Positions 1 through 8,153 of a stretch of 64,000 bases of DNA are shown piece by piece (the first letter of the stretch is position 1; each line of letters opens with the position of its first letter). The DNA is from Candidatus Omnitrophota bacterium (GTDB lineage Bacteria > Omnitrophota > Gorgyraeia > Gygaellales > Profunditerraquicolaceae). Below the pieces are notes generated by a model. That model did no database searches and was not told the DNA's origin. It was given only the letters and a program-made list of their open reading frames with translations. Both the position numbers and the translations under genes were made by a program. The DNA is taken from assembly GCA_030691865.1 (NCBI GenBank), contig JAUYDL010000018.1:9518-73517 (forward strand), given 5' to 3'.

Positions 1-1
1 C

Positions 2-193
2 CAAGATAAGGGGATTACTCCGGACATTCTGGCGGACGAGAAGAAAGTCTTGGATACCAAAATTGATGAGGTGGAGGGTAAAAAGCCCGATGAGATAAAA
101 GATGCCTTTAATTATAAAGCCGATACGCAGCTTATGCGCGCCGTAGATACTTTAAAAGCAATCCAGATTTATAAGCAGGTCAAGGGCTTTTAA
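2..193 (+). CDS. 3' end of an S41-type carboxyl-terminal processing peptidase (partial, start lies outside the window)
   Basis: Frame-2 translation ends ...QDKGITPDILADEKK...YKQVKGF* with TAA at 191-193. A GIxPDI motif near the C-terminus is typical of Ctp/Prc peptidases. Only 64 aa are visible. Confidence 0.4.
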   Translation, partial: QDKGITPDILADEKKVLDTKIDEVEGKKPDEIKDAFNYKADTQLMRAVDTLKAIQIYKQVKGF

Positions 194-208
194 GTCGGGG
201 TTTGTCAA

Positions 209-991
209 ATGAAAAACAAAACCTTTAAGGGGTTGGGGATTATCTTGCTTTTGCTTGTATTTATTGCGCTCATTTTGACTCCGATTCATAAAAAAGCCAT
301 GGTTAAGAAACCACCAAAGATGGCCGGCCGGATTGCTATTGTAATCGATGATTGGGGGTATAGCTTAAATAATCTTCTGATTATTGAGCAGATAAAACAA
401 CCTTTAACCTGCGCGATTTTACCCGGCTTAAAAAATTCAAATCCGGTTATGCAAAAATTAAATAATTTAGGTTTCGAAATAATTTTACATTTACCCATGG
501 AGCCAAAAGAAAAGTGGGGCCCCGCCCCAAATTTAGAAAACAATATGATTACCTTGGGGTTGGATGCTGAGGGAATCCGTAATATTTTTGAGAAAGATTT
601 ATCCAGCGTTGCTTTTGCCAGGGGGGTATCGAATCATATGGGGTCGCGCATTACCGAAGATAAAAAGGCAAGCGCCTTGGTGATGGCTGAAGCAAAAAAA
701 CGTAAACTATACTTTTTCGATAGTTTTGTAACTAACAAATCCGTCTGCTCAGCTTTGGCTAAGAAAATAAAGATTAGATTTGCTAAAAGGGATGTGTTTT
801 TGGATAATCAGGATGATTTTGGATATATAAAAGGGCAGTTGATAAAATTAAAGAATTTAGCCAGAAGGCAAGGCACAGCTATTGGCATCGGACATGACCG
901 TAAAAATACCTTACTGGTATTAAAGGAGATGCTTGCGCAACTGGAAGCAGAAGGTTATAAATTTGTTTTTCTTTCGCAGGTGGTGCAATGA
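209..991 (+). CDS. divergent polysaccharide deacetylase family protein (YibQ-like), membrane anchored
   Basis: 260 aa with an N-terminal TM helix and an AIVIDDWGYS motif characteristic of the divergent polysaccharide deacetylase (YibQ) family. Confidence 0.55.
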   Translation: MKNKTFKGLGIILLLLVFIALILTPIHKKAMVKKPPKMAGRIAIVIDDWGYSLNNLLIIEQIKQPLTCAILPGLKNSNPVMQKLNNLGFEIILHLPMEPKEKWGPAPNLENNMITLGLDAEGIRNIFEKDLSSVAFARGVSNHMGSRITEDKKASALVMAEAKKRKLYFFDSFVTNKSVCSALAKKIKIRFAKRDVFLDNQDDFGYIKGQLIKLKNLARRQGTAIGIGHDRKNTLLVLKEMLAQLEAEGYKFVFLSQVVQ

Positions 992-1956
992 TTGTTTTAG
1001 GGATTGAGAGCTCTTGTGATGAAACCGGGGTGGCCATTGTTAAGGATGAGAAAAAGATTTTAGCTAATGTCGTGGCTTCCAGCCTAAAATTACATAGCCG
1101 CCACGGAGGGGTGATCCCGGAGATTGCCTCGCGTATGCAGCTGGAAAGTATAGCCGGTCTATTTACTGAGGCAATTAAGACCGCTAAAATAAGGCCTGAA
1201 CAGATCGACTTGGTTGCGGTTACCACCCATCCCGGTTTGCCTGGGTCACTGATGGTGGGAATCGCATTTGCCAAAGCACTGGCTTTAAGCTTAGGTAAGC
1301 CGATACTGGGGGTTAATCATATTTATAGCCATGTTTATGCCAATGTTCTTTGTCACGGTAATATTAAGTTGCCGGTTGTAGCTTTAGTTGTTTCCGGAGG
1401 GCACACCTCTCTTTTTTATATAAAAGATTTTTCTAAAATTCAGGTATTGGGGCAAACCCGTGATGACGCCTGCGGGGAGGCTTTTGATAAAGTAGCCAAG
1501 ATGATGGGCATGGGTTATCCGGGAGGCCCATTAATTGAAAAAATAGCTAAAGGTGGAAATAAGCATAAAATTAGATTTGCCTGTTGGGGAACGAATGCTG
1601 AGCTGGATTTTAGTTTCAGTGGTATAAAAACCGCAGTTTTATATTATTTAAAAGATAAAAAATCCGGCATTAAATTGAGCAAAGACCTGGCTGCTTCTTT
1701 CCAGGAGAGCGCCGTCAATGTTTTAGTAAAAAAATCCCTACTTGCCTGTAAACGAAAAAATGTTACGAATCTTTTAATCGGCGGAGGGGTGGCGGCCAAC
1801 AGCTGTTTGCGTCAAAAATTCATGGCGAGCGCTAAGTTGGAAGGAATTGACTGTTTTTTTCCGAATATTAATCTGTGTATGGATAATGCTGCGATGATTG
1901 CCGGTTTTGGAGGTTGTCTTTATAAGCGCGGAGCAAGAAGTGACTTTAACAACTAG
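988..1956 (+). CDS. tsaD: tRNA N6-adenosine threonylcarbamoyltransferase TsaD (Kae1/YgjD family)
   Basis: 322 aa. The N-terminus MIVLGIESSCDETGVAIV and the overall length match TsaD. Its start overlaps the stop of the upstream gene. Confidence 0.9.
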   Translation: MIVLGIESSCDETGVAIVKDEKKILANVVASSLKLHSRHGGVIPEIASRMQLESIAGLFTEAIKTAKIRPEQIDLVAVTTHPGLPGSLMVGIAFAKALALSLGKPILGVNHIYSHVYANVLCHGNIKLPVVALVVSGGHTSLFYIKDFSKIQVLGQTRDDACGEAFDKVAKMMGMGYPGGPLIEKIAKGGNKHKIRFACWGTNAELDFSFSGIKTAVLYYLKDKKSGIKLSKDLAASFQESAVNVLVKKSLLACKRKNVTNLLIGGGVAANSCLRQKFMASAKLEGIDCFFPNINLCMDNAAMIAGFGGCLYKRGARSDFNN

Positions 1957-1999
1957 GGGACGGTTCTATTTTTCTTTTCAGAAAAATAGAACCGTCCCC
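1956..1999. repeat. perfect 19-bp-stem hairpin GGGGACGGTTCTATTTTTC-loop-GAAAAATAGAACCGTCCCC directly after the tsaD stop; member of a dispersed hairpin family
   Basis: The inverted repeat was read directly. The same arms recur at 41171-41224 and 48966-48994, with degenerate copies at 11888-11905 and 12901-12985. There is no U-tract after this copy. Confidence 0.7.
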
Positions 2000-2020
2000 T
2001 GATTCAAAAAAGGAGGATGT

Positions 2021-2467
2021 ATGCCTACGGATTTACAAATGATCGTGCGCTTATTATTAACTTTGGTTTTAAGCGGCCTAATCGGACTGGAAAGGCAAGT
2101 ACACCGTAGAGATGCCGGCCTGCGTACACATATATTAGTCGCTTTGGGTAGCTGCCTTATCATGTTGACATCTCTGTATGTTTTTGATATATATAAAGAT
2201 CAGGTGGCCTTAGATCCCGTGCGGATTGCTGCCGGAGTAGTTACCGGTATTGGTTTTCTTGGCGCCGGTACAATAATTCGGGAATCTGATGGGGTCAGGG
2301 GCTTAACCACGGCGGCTAGTCTCTGGGTGGTTGCGGGGATTGGTTTAGCGGTGGGAGTGGGTTTTAATAAAATAGCAATTTATACCACGATCTTGGTTTT
2401 AATTGTTTTGCATTTTTTACACTATATAGAAGTACCACTTTCAAAGGAGGGTAAATATGGCCTTTAA
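2021..2467 (+). CDS. mgtC: MgtC/SapB family membrane protein
   Basis: 148 aa and polytopic. The LERQVHRRDAGLRTHILVALGSCL motif is typical of the MgtC N-terminal membrane domain. Confidence 0.7.
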   Translation: MPTDLQMIVRLLLTLVLSGLIGLERQVHRRDAGLRTHILVALGSCLIMLTSLYVFDIYKDQVALDPVRIAAGVVTGIGFLGAGTIIRESDGVRGLTTAASLWVVAGIGLAVGVGFNKIAIYTTILVLIVLHFLHYIEVPLSKEGKYGL

Positions 2468-2960
2468 AAAGAATGTAGAGGAAAAGACGCTGGATGTCGA
2501 TGCCGCAATGCAGGGGAGTTTAAGTTTTAAGGATCCGGTTAATCTGCGGATTAATGGAAAATTTGAAGGCAATCTGGATACCCGGGGTAATTTGACTATC
2601 GGCACTACGGCTGTAATCAACGCAGATATCGTGGGAGATAATATTATTATTGGCGGCCGGGTCAAGGGCAAAATTACTGCTAAAGAAAGACTTACCCTTC
2701 TTCCGCAGGCGATAGTTGAAGGACATATCTATCCGGCAAAACTTAATATTGCCGAAGGCGCAGTTTTTGAAGGACAGTGCACGATGCTGCATGATTTTCT
2801 TAATTCTGAGCAGCTGGCCAAATACCTGGAGGTAGAATTAAGCTCGATCATGGAATGGGCTAATTCAGGAAAAGTGCCGGCAAGTAAAGAAAATAACGAC
2901 TGGAAATTTGAACGTAAAGCAATAGATTCCTGGGTAGCTTCAGGCAAAATCGCAAAATAA
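2457..2960 (+). CDS. bactofilin with a C-terminal excisionase-type (HTH_17-like) DNA-binding tail
   Basis: The bactofilin beta-helical repeats GNLTIGTTAVINADIVGDNIIIGGRVKGKITAKERLTL are followed by a ~55-aa tail (LAKYLEVELSSIMEWANSGKVPASKENNDWKFERKAIDSWVASGK) that resembles the HTH_17/excisionase fold. The gene overlaps the mgtC stop. Confidence 0.6.
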   Translation: MAFKKNVEEKTLDVDAAMQGSLSFKDPVNLRINGKFEGNLDTRGNLTIGTTAVINADIVGDNIIIGGRVKGKITAKERLTLLPQAIVEGHIYPAKLNIAEGAVFEGQCTMLHDFLNSEQLAKYLEVELSSIMEWANSGKVPASKENNDWKFERKAIDSWVASGKIAK

Positions 2961-2973
2961 ATTTATATAAAAA

Positions 2974-3285
2974 ATGACTGAAGAAAAAATGCTCACCGTT
3001 AGAGACGTATCAATTATGCTGGGGGTCTCGGAAAAAGATGTTTTGGATCTGACTGAGAACGGAACGATCCCGGGTTATAAGGTAGGAGGCGTATACCTAA
3101 GGTTTAAGAAGGAGCAGGTTGAGCAATACAAGAAGAATCAAAGCCTCCTGTTGTCTAAGGCGGCTAAAGGAGAATCTGAAGGCTTAGGAAGCAGGATTCA
3201 TGATTTCTTTTATTTTAATGATTTTTATATTTTTGCCCTAATCTTCATAATCCTCTTGGGATATCTGGTTTACCGGGGCCTATAG
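2974..3285 (+). CDS. small membrane-anchored HTH_17 (excisionase family) DNA-binding protein
   Basis: 103 aa. The N-terminus LTVRDVSIMLGVSEKDVLDLTENGTIPGYKVGGVYLRFKKEQVEQY is HTH_17-like. The C-terminus has a single TM helix, FFYFNDFYIFALIFIILLGYLVY. Confidence 0.5.
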   Translation: MTEEKMLTVRDVSIMLGVSEKDVLDLTENGTIPGYKVGGVYLRFKKEQVEQYKKNQSLLLSKAAKGESEGLGSRIHDFFYFNDFYIFALIFIILLGYLVYRGL

Positions 3286-3289
3286 AGCA

Positions 3290-3970
3290 ATGTCTGCACG
3301 CAAAGGGTTTTGCGATTTAGGGTTTGCCAAAATTGATACCGATAGAAAGAAACGAAAAGGATTTGCGGAAGTTATTTATTGCCCGGGAAAAGATCGCCTG
3401 CACTTAAAGGAAATTGCTAAGAAAACAATTGATTCCCGCGAAGACCTGCTTTTAACCAAGCTAGATAAAACTACATTTTCCTTTTTAAAGAAAACAATCC
3501 CTGTTTTAAAATATAACCCCCTGGCAAAAATTGGTTATTATATAAGTAAACCCAAAACCCTCTCGGAAGGTTCGGTTTTGGTGGTTTCTGCCGGAACAGC
3601 TGATATTCCGGTGGCTGAAGAAGCGGCACAAACCCTGCTCGTTATGGGTAACCGGGTCGAAAAGCTCTATGATGTAGGTGTAGCCGGAGTGCACCGCCTG
3701 ATGAATAATATTGATAAATTAAGAAAGGCTCAAGTAATTGTGGTAGTGGCGGGTATGGAAGGAGCTTTAGCTAGTTTGGTCAGCGGATTAGTCAAGGCGC
3801 CAATTGTGGCTGTACCGACCAGTTGTGGATATGGCTCCAGCTTTTCTGGTTTGGCAGCGCTTCTAACTATGTTAAATGGTTGTTCGCCGGGAGTGAGTGT
3901 AGTCAATATTGATAATGGATTTGGGGCAGGCTATTTTGCCAGTTTAATCAATAACACCCCGCGCTTATAA
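3290..3970 (+). CDS. larB: nickel-pincer cofactor biosynthesis protein LarB (PurE-like NaAD carboxylase/hydrolase)
   Basis: 226 aa. The PurE-like C-terminal half VVVAGMEGALASLVSGLVKAPIVAVPTSCGYGSSFSGLAALLTMLNGCSPGVSVVNIDNGFGAGYFA and the N-terminal FAKIDTDRKKRKGFAEVIYCPGK match the LarB/COG1691 family. No larA, larC or larE is nearby. Confidence 0.6.
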   Translation: MSARKGFCDLGFAKIDTDRKKRKGFAEVIYCPGKDRLHLKEIAKKTIDSREDLLLTKLDKTTFSFLKKTIPVLKYNPLAKIGYYISKPKTLSEGSVLVVSAGTADIPVAEEAAQTLLVMGNRVEKLYDVGVAGVHRLMNNIDKLRKAQVIVVVAGMEGALASLVSGLVKAPIVAVPTSCGYGSSFSGLAALLTMLNGCSPGVSVVNIDNGFGAGYFASLINNTPRL

Positions 3971-4078
3971 GGAATTGCGCGGGTGTTGTATTCCTAGCAA
4001 AGTAATGTTCCCCCTCGCGGGAGCTCGGGGTCATTTTTCCCCAAGCGCCGGAGGCTGGGGAAAAATGAGGAGATAATA
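3958..4078 (+). promoter_or_regulatory. composite 5' leader of acsC: a GC-palindrome module overlapping the larB stop, followed by a 65-nt conserved leader with a 12-bp perfect hairpin covering the SD
   Basis: ACACCCCGCGC-TTATAAGGAATT-GCGCGGGTGT lies at 3958-3990. TCATTTTTCCCC (4031-4042), the loop AAGCGCCGGAGGCT and GGGGAAAAATGA (4057-4068) follow, then GGAG and the ATG at 4079. A near-identical 65 nt precedes panE at 56060-56125. Confidence 0.6.
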
Positions 4079-5410
4079 ATGGCGTTATCGGGTTTGGATA
4101 TTTATAAATTATTGCCTAAAACAAATTGTCGACAGTGTGGTTTAGCCACTTGCCTGGCTTTTGCCATGCAGCTGGCTAAGAAAACATTGCCGATTGAAAA
4201 ATGCCCTTTTGTTTCGCTTGAGGCTAAAACCACTTTGGAAGCGCAGGCAATGCCCGCGATTAAATTAATTACTTTAGGTAGTAATGAATCGAAATTTGAT
4301 ATTGGTAATGAAACGGTAATGTTTAGGCATGAAGAAAAATTCCGTAATCCGACCGGAGTTGGTTTTATTATTGATGATAATCACAGCGATACCGAAATAA
4401 AAGAGCGGCTTAAAAAAATTAATCAATTAAAATTCGAACGTGTAGGCCAGGAGCTTCGAGTTAATCTTGTTGCAATAAAGCAAAATAAGGATGCCCAGAG
4501 GTTTCTAGAGGCAACTAAATTGCTTCTGGATAATACTACTTTGCCGATTATGTTGATGAGCAGCGACCCGGCTGCTTTAAAACAGGCGGCAGTTATCAGC
4601 CAAGAGCGTAAGCCGCTGCTTTATTCTGCGCAGCAGAAGAATTTCGCGCAAATCGCTGCAATAGCTAAAGAATTTCAGTTGCCTTTAGTAGTAACTGCAC
4701 AGGATATTGACCAACTGAGCCAGCTTACCAAGGAACTTAACGCCCTGGGAGTTAAAGAGCTGATTTTAGATACCGGGATAAAGCCTATAGCGGATAAAAT
4801 CTGGGATTTAACGCAAATCCGCCGGCAGGCACTTAAGAAATCAAATCGCGCATTGGGTTATCCGAGCCTGGCAATTGTCCAGAAATCTGACCCTTATGAA
4901 GAGGCAATGGAGGCAGGCGCTTATATCGCTAAATATGCCGGGATCGTTTTGATTAAAGGCTGGTATAGCTGGGAGGTTCTTTCAATTTTGACGTTGAGAC
5001 AAAATATTTATACTGATCCGCAAAAACCTTTACAAATTGATCCTAAGCTTTACCCCATTGGGCAGGTAAGCCGGGATTCGCCGGTTTTGGTTACCACTAA
5101 CTTTTCCTTAACTTATTATACTGTTTTGACAGAGGTAGAGGCCGGTAAAATACCTGCATATATTTTAAGCGTAGATACCCAAGGCATGTCTGTGCTTACT
5201 GCCTGGGCTGCCGAAAAATTTAACGCCGAGGCAATTACAAAATCATTAAATAGCTTAGGTGTAAAAGAGGTAATTGGACATAAGAATTTGATTATTCCCG
5301 GTTATGTTGCCATGATCAGCGGTGACCTGGAAGATCAGTCAGGGTTTAAAATAATTGTGGGCCCGAAAGAAGCAGCCGGGATTCCCAGCTTTTTGAAAAA
5401 TTTACAGTAA
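4079..5410 (+). CDS. acsC: corrinoid iron-sulfur protein large subunit (acetyl-CoA decarbonylase/synthase gamma subunit)
   Basis: 443 aa. The N-terminus MALSGLDIYKLLPKTNCRQCGLATCLAFAMQLA carries the CxxCx4C 4Fe-4S motif typical of CFeSP gamma. TIM-barrel and B12-binding regions follow. Confidence 0.85.
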   Translation: MALSGLDIYKLLPKTNCRQCGLATCLAFAMQLAKKTLPIEKCPFVSLEAKTTLEAQAMPAIKLITLGSNESKFDIGNETVMFRHEEKFRNPTGVGFIIDDNHSDTEIKERLKKINQLKFERVGQELRVNLVAIKQNKDAQRFLEATKLLLDNTTLPIMLMSSDPAALKQAAVISQERKPLLYSAQQKNFAQIAAIAKEFQLPLVVTAQDIDQLSQLTKELNALGVKELILDTGIKPIADKIWDLTQIRRQALKKSNRALGYPSLAIVQKSDPYEEAMEAGAYIAKYAGIVLIKGWYSWEVLSILTLRQNIYTDPQKPLQIDPKLYPIGQVSRDSPVLVTTNFSLTYYTVLTEVEAGKIPAYILSVDTQGMSVLTAWAAEKFNAEAITKSLNSLGVKEVIGHKNLIIPGYVAMISGDLEDQSGFKIIVGPKEAAGIPSFLKNLQ

Positions 5411-5474
5411 CTCTAAGCCACCCGCAAAATCATTTACTGTTTTTACAAAAAACTGGTAGAGGTTAGAAATAAAT

Positions 5475-7400
5475 ATGCAAAAATTCAAAGTTACATTTCT
5501 TCCTGATAATTTATCTGTTGCTGTTGAAAAAGACAAGACTATCCTTGCCGCGGCGATATCCGCGGGGGTCTATATTAACTCTAACTGCGCAGGGGATGGA
5601 ATTTGTGGGCGATGCAAGGTGATTGTTAATCAGGGCCAAGTCCATAGCCAGCCAAACGGAATAATTACCGCGCAAGAGAAAAAAAATAATGTGTATCTGG
5701 CTTGTCTGACAACTATCCACAGTGATTTAGAGGTTTTGATTCCGGATAGCTCGCGGATTAATTTTGATAAGCTTACTCCGGAGGAGCTGGAGGAGCGGCT
5801 GAGCGGCCTTTATTCAAAGGCAGAAGATATCCAGTCCGTGAAGGCAAAATTCCAGGATAAAGTCTTTAAGCATTCGCCATTTGCCACAAAATTATATCTA
5901 GAGCTTCCCCAGCCAACGCTTAATGACAGTATCAGCGATTTAGAAAGATTGTATCGGGCCTTGCGCAGCTTTGGAGAATTCCCCGTGGTGGCCACCGGGT
6001 TATTCAACATTCGCCAGTTGGGTGAATTATTACGCGACTATGCCTGGAAAGTCACCGTTACCTTAGGCAGGCGCAATGATGCGGTTGAGATCGTTCTGAT
6101 TGAGCCAAATGACACAACGGCTAGGAACTTTGGGCTTTGTTTTGATATCGGCACTACGACAATTTCCGGACAACTGATAAATCTAAATTCAAAAAAAATT
6201 CTAGGGACCAAAGCAACCTATAACCAACAGGCTGCTTTTGGCAGCGATGTAATTACACGTATAGTCTATGCGGCCAAAACTGACGGTTTAGAAAAATTAC
6301 ATAACGCTGTTTCTGATACGATGAATCAAATTATCAAGGATTTAGTCAGCGAGCATAAGGTGAGCCTTTTTGATGTTAACTGTATTGTTTGTTCGGGAAA
6401 CACGACGATGATTCATCTGTTTTTAAGCATGGATCCGGCGCATATCCGCCGTGAGCCATATGTTCCTACGGCAAATTTTCTGCCGGTTTTACGCGCCGCA
6501 GAAGCAGGGATAAACATTAATCCCAGAGGATTGCTCAGTTGCGTTCCCGGTGTTTCTAGTTATGTGGGCGGGGATACCACCGCCGGAGTTTTATCCAGCG
6601 GCATATATCAAAAAGAAGAGCCCTGTATTTTAATTGATATCGGGACAAACGGAGAGATTGTTTTAGGTAATCGGGATTTTCTGGTAGCCTGCGCGGCATC
6701 GGCTGGCCCGGCTTTTGAAGGCAGCGGGGTAACTAGCGGCATGCGCGCCTCAAGCGGGGCAATTCAAAAAGTAAGTATAAATAAAAATGATTTTAGCGTT
6801 AAGTATTCGACGATTCAGAATAAATTACCCCGGGGGATTTGCGGGTCAGGTTATATTGATTTACTCAGCGAAATGTTAGAGTCCGGAATAATTGATAAAG
6901 GTGGAAAGATTAAAGCTGCAGGCAAACGGATTCGCTCAACAGATAATGGGGTTGAGTTTGTGGTTTGTTTTAAAGAAGAAATCCAGGCTCAAGCAGATAT
7001 TGTGATTAACGAGGCAGACATTGAAAATCTTAAGCGCTCTAAGGGGGCGATATATTCAGCTACCGCTATTCTAGTTAAACATTTAGCCTTAGAATTCTCC
7101 GCCATTTCTAAGATATTTATCGCCGGGGGGTTCGGCACATACCTGGATATTGAGAAAGCCATCAACATCGGATTATTGCCGGATTTAGAGCGTTCTAAAT
7201 TTGTTTTCATCGGTAATAGTTCTTTGGCCGGCTCCAGAGAAATACTTTTATCCAGCCAGGCGATGGCCATGGCGGATGCGCTTGCCTCTAAGATTACTTA
7301 TTTTGAATTATCGGTTGATCCGGGATACATGGAAGAATATAGCCAGGCGTTATTTTTCCCGCATACGGATTTAACTAAGTTTCCTACGGTGAAATTTTAA
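5475..7400 (+). CDS. reductive activator of corrinoid iron-sulfur protein (RACo; 2Fe-2S ferredoxin plus ASKHA ATPase)
   Basis: 641 aa. The N-terminal plant-type 2Fe-2S motif CAGDGICGRCKV is followed by a long ASKHA-type domain (DIGTTTISGQL...DIGTNGEIVLG). Size and position after acsC match RACo (orf7 in Moorella). Confidence 0.8.
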   Translation: MQKFKVTFLPDNLSVAVEKDKTILAAAISAGVYINSNCAGDGICGRCKVIVNQGQVHSQPNGIITAQEKKNNVYLACLTTIHSDLEVLIPDSSRINFDKLTPEELEERLSGLYSKAEDIQSVKAKFQDKVFKHSPFATKLYLELPQPTLNDSISDLERLYRALRSFGEFPVVATGLFNIRQLGELLRDYAWKVTVTLGRRNDAVEIVLIEPNDTTARNFGLCFDIGTTTISGQLINLNSKKILGTKATYNQQAAFGSDVITRIVYAAKTDGLEKLHNAVSDTMNQIIKDLVSEHKVSLFDVNCIVCSGNTTMIHLFLSMDPAHIRREPYVPTANFLPVLRAAEAGININPRGLLSCVPGVSSYVGGDTTAGVLSSGIYQKEEPCILIDIGTNGEIVLGNRDFLVACAASAGPAFEGSGVTSGMRASSGAIQKVSINKNDFSVKYSTIQNKLPRGICGSGYIDLLSEMLESGIIDKGGKIKAAGKRIRSTDNGVEFVVCFKEEIQAQADIVINEADIENLKRSKGAIYSATAILVKHLALEFSAISKIFIAGGFGTYLDIEKAINIGLLPDLERSKFVFIGNSSLAGSREILLSSQAMAMADALASKITYFELSVDPGYMEEYSQALFFPHTDLTKFPTVKF

Positions 7401-8153
7401 ATGGGTTATATTATTGCGCTGGCCGGAAAAGGTGGTACGGGAAAAACTACGATTGCCGCTTTAATTGTTCGTGCCTTAAAAGAAAAAAAATTGGGTTCAG
7501 TTTTAGCCATCGATGCAGACCCCAATAGCAATTTAGGGGAGGTTTTGGGCGCAAAGCCGGGTGATAATGTGGGTGCAATCCTTGATAATATATCTGTTGA
7601 TCCGAATAAAGTTCCTGCGGGAATGACCAAAGAGCGCTTTATCCAGCATCAGGTTCAAGCAGCCATTCAGGAAGAGGATGGTTTTGATTTATTAAGCATG
7701 GGCAAGCCCGAAGGGCCAGGCTGTTATTGTTACGTAAATAATGTTTTACGCGGCCTGATGGCTAAACTGATTAAGGATTATGATTACATAGTAATGGATA
7801 ATGAGGCCGGATTAGAGCACTTGTCTCGGCGCACCTGCCGCCTTGCGGATATGCTGATCGTGGTATCGGATGCCTCTAGCGTAGGTTTAAAATCAGCTAA
7901 AAGAATTATAGAACTAGTCGGTGCTTTAAAATTTGAAGTTAAAAAAAGTTTTCTTTTGATTAACCGTTTTAATAAAGGTACTCAAAAGGATAAAATTAAA
8001 GAAACCGGTTTGGATCATTTAGGCAACTTGCCGCTGGAGCCGCAAATTGAGCAGTTGAGCTTACAAGGTAGATCAATTTTTGATTTAAAATCAGGTGCGC
8101 AGATATTAACGGCGCTTAATTTATTGGGAGACCAGATATGGAAACACAATTAG
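7401..8153 (+). CDS. cooC: CooC/AcsF-type Ni-insertion ATPase (MinD/ParA superfamily)
   Basis: 250 aa with a deviant Walker A GKGGTGKTT and the CxC nickel-binding motif GPGCYCY. It sits inside the acs cluster. Confidence 0.8.
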   Translation: MGYIIALAGKGGTGKTTIAALIVRALKEKKLGSVLAIDADPNSNLGEVLGAKPGDNVGAILDNISVDPNKVPAGMTKERFIQHQVQAAIQEEDGFDLLSMGKPEGPGCYCYVNNVLRGLMAKLIKDYDYIVMDNEAGLEHLSRRTCRLADMLIVVSDASSVGLKSAKRIIELVGALKFEVKKSFLLINRFNKGTQKDKIKETGLDHLGNLPLEPQIEQLSLQGRSIFDLKSGAQILTALNLLGDQIWKHN

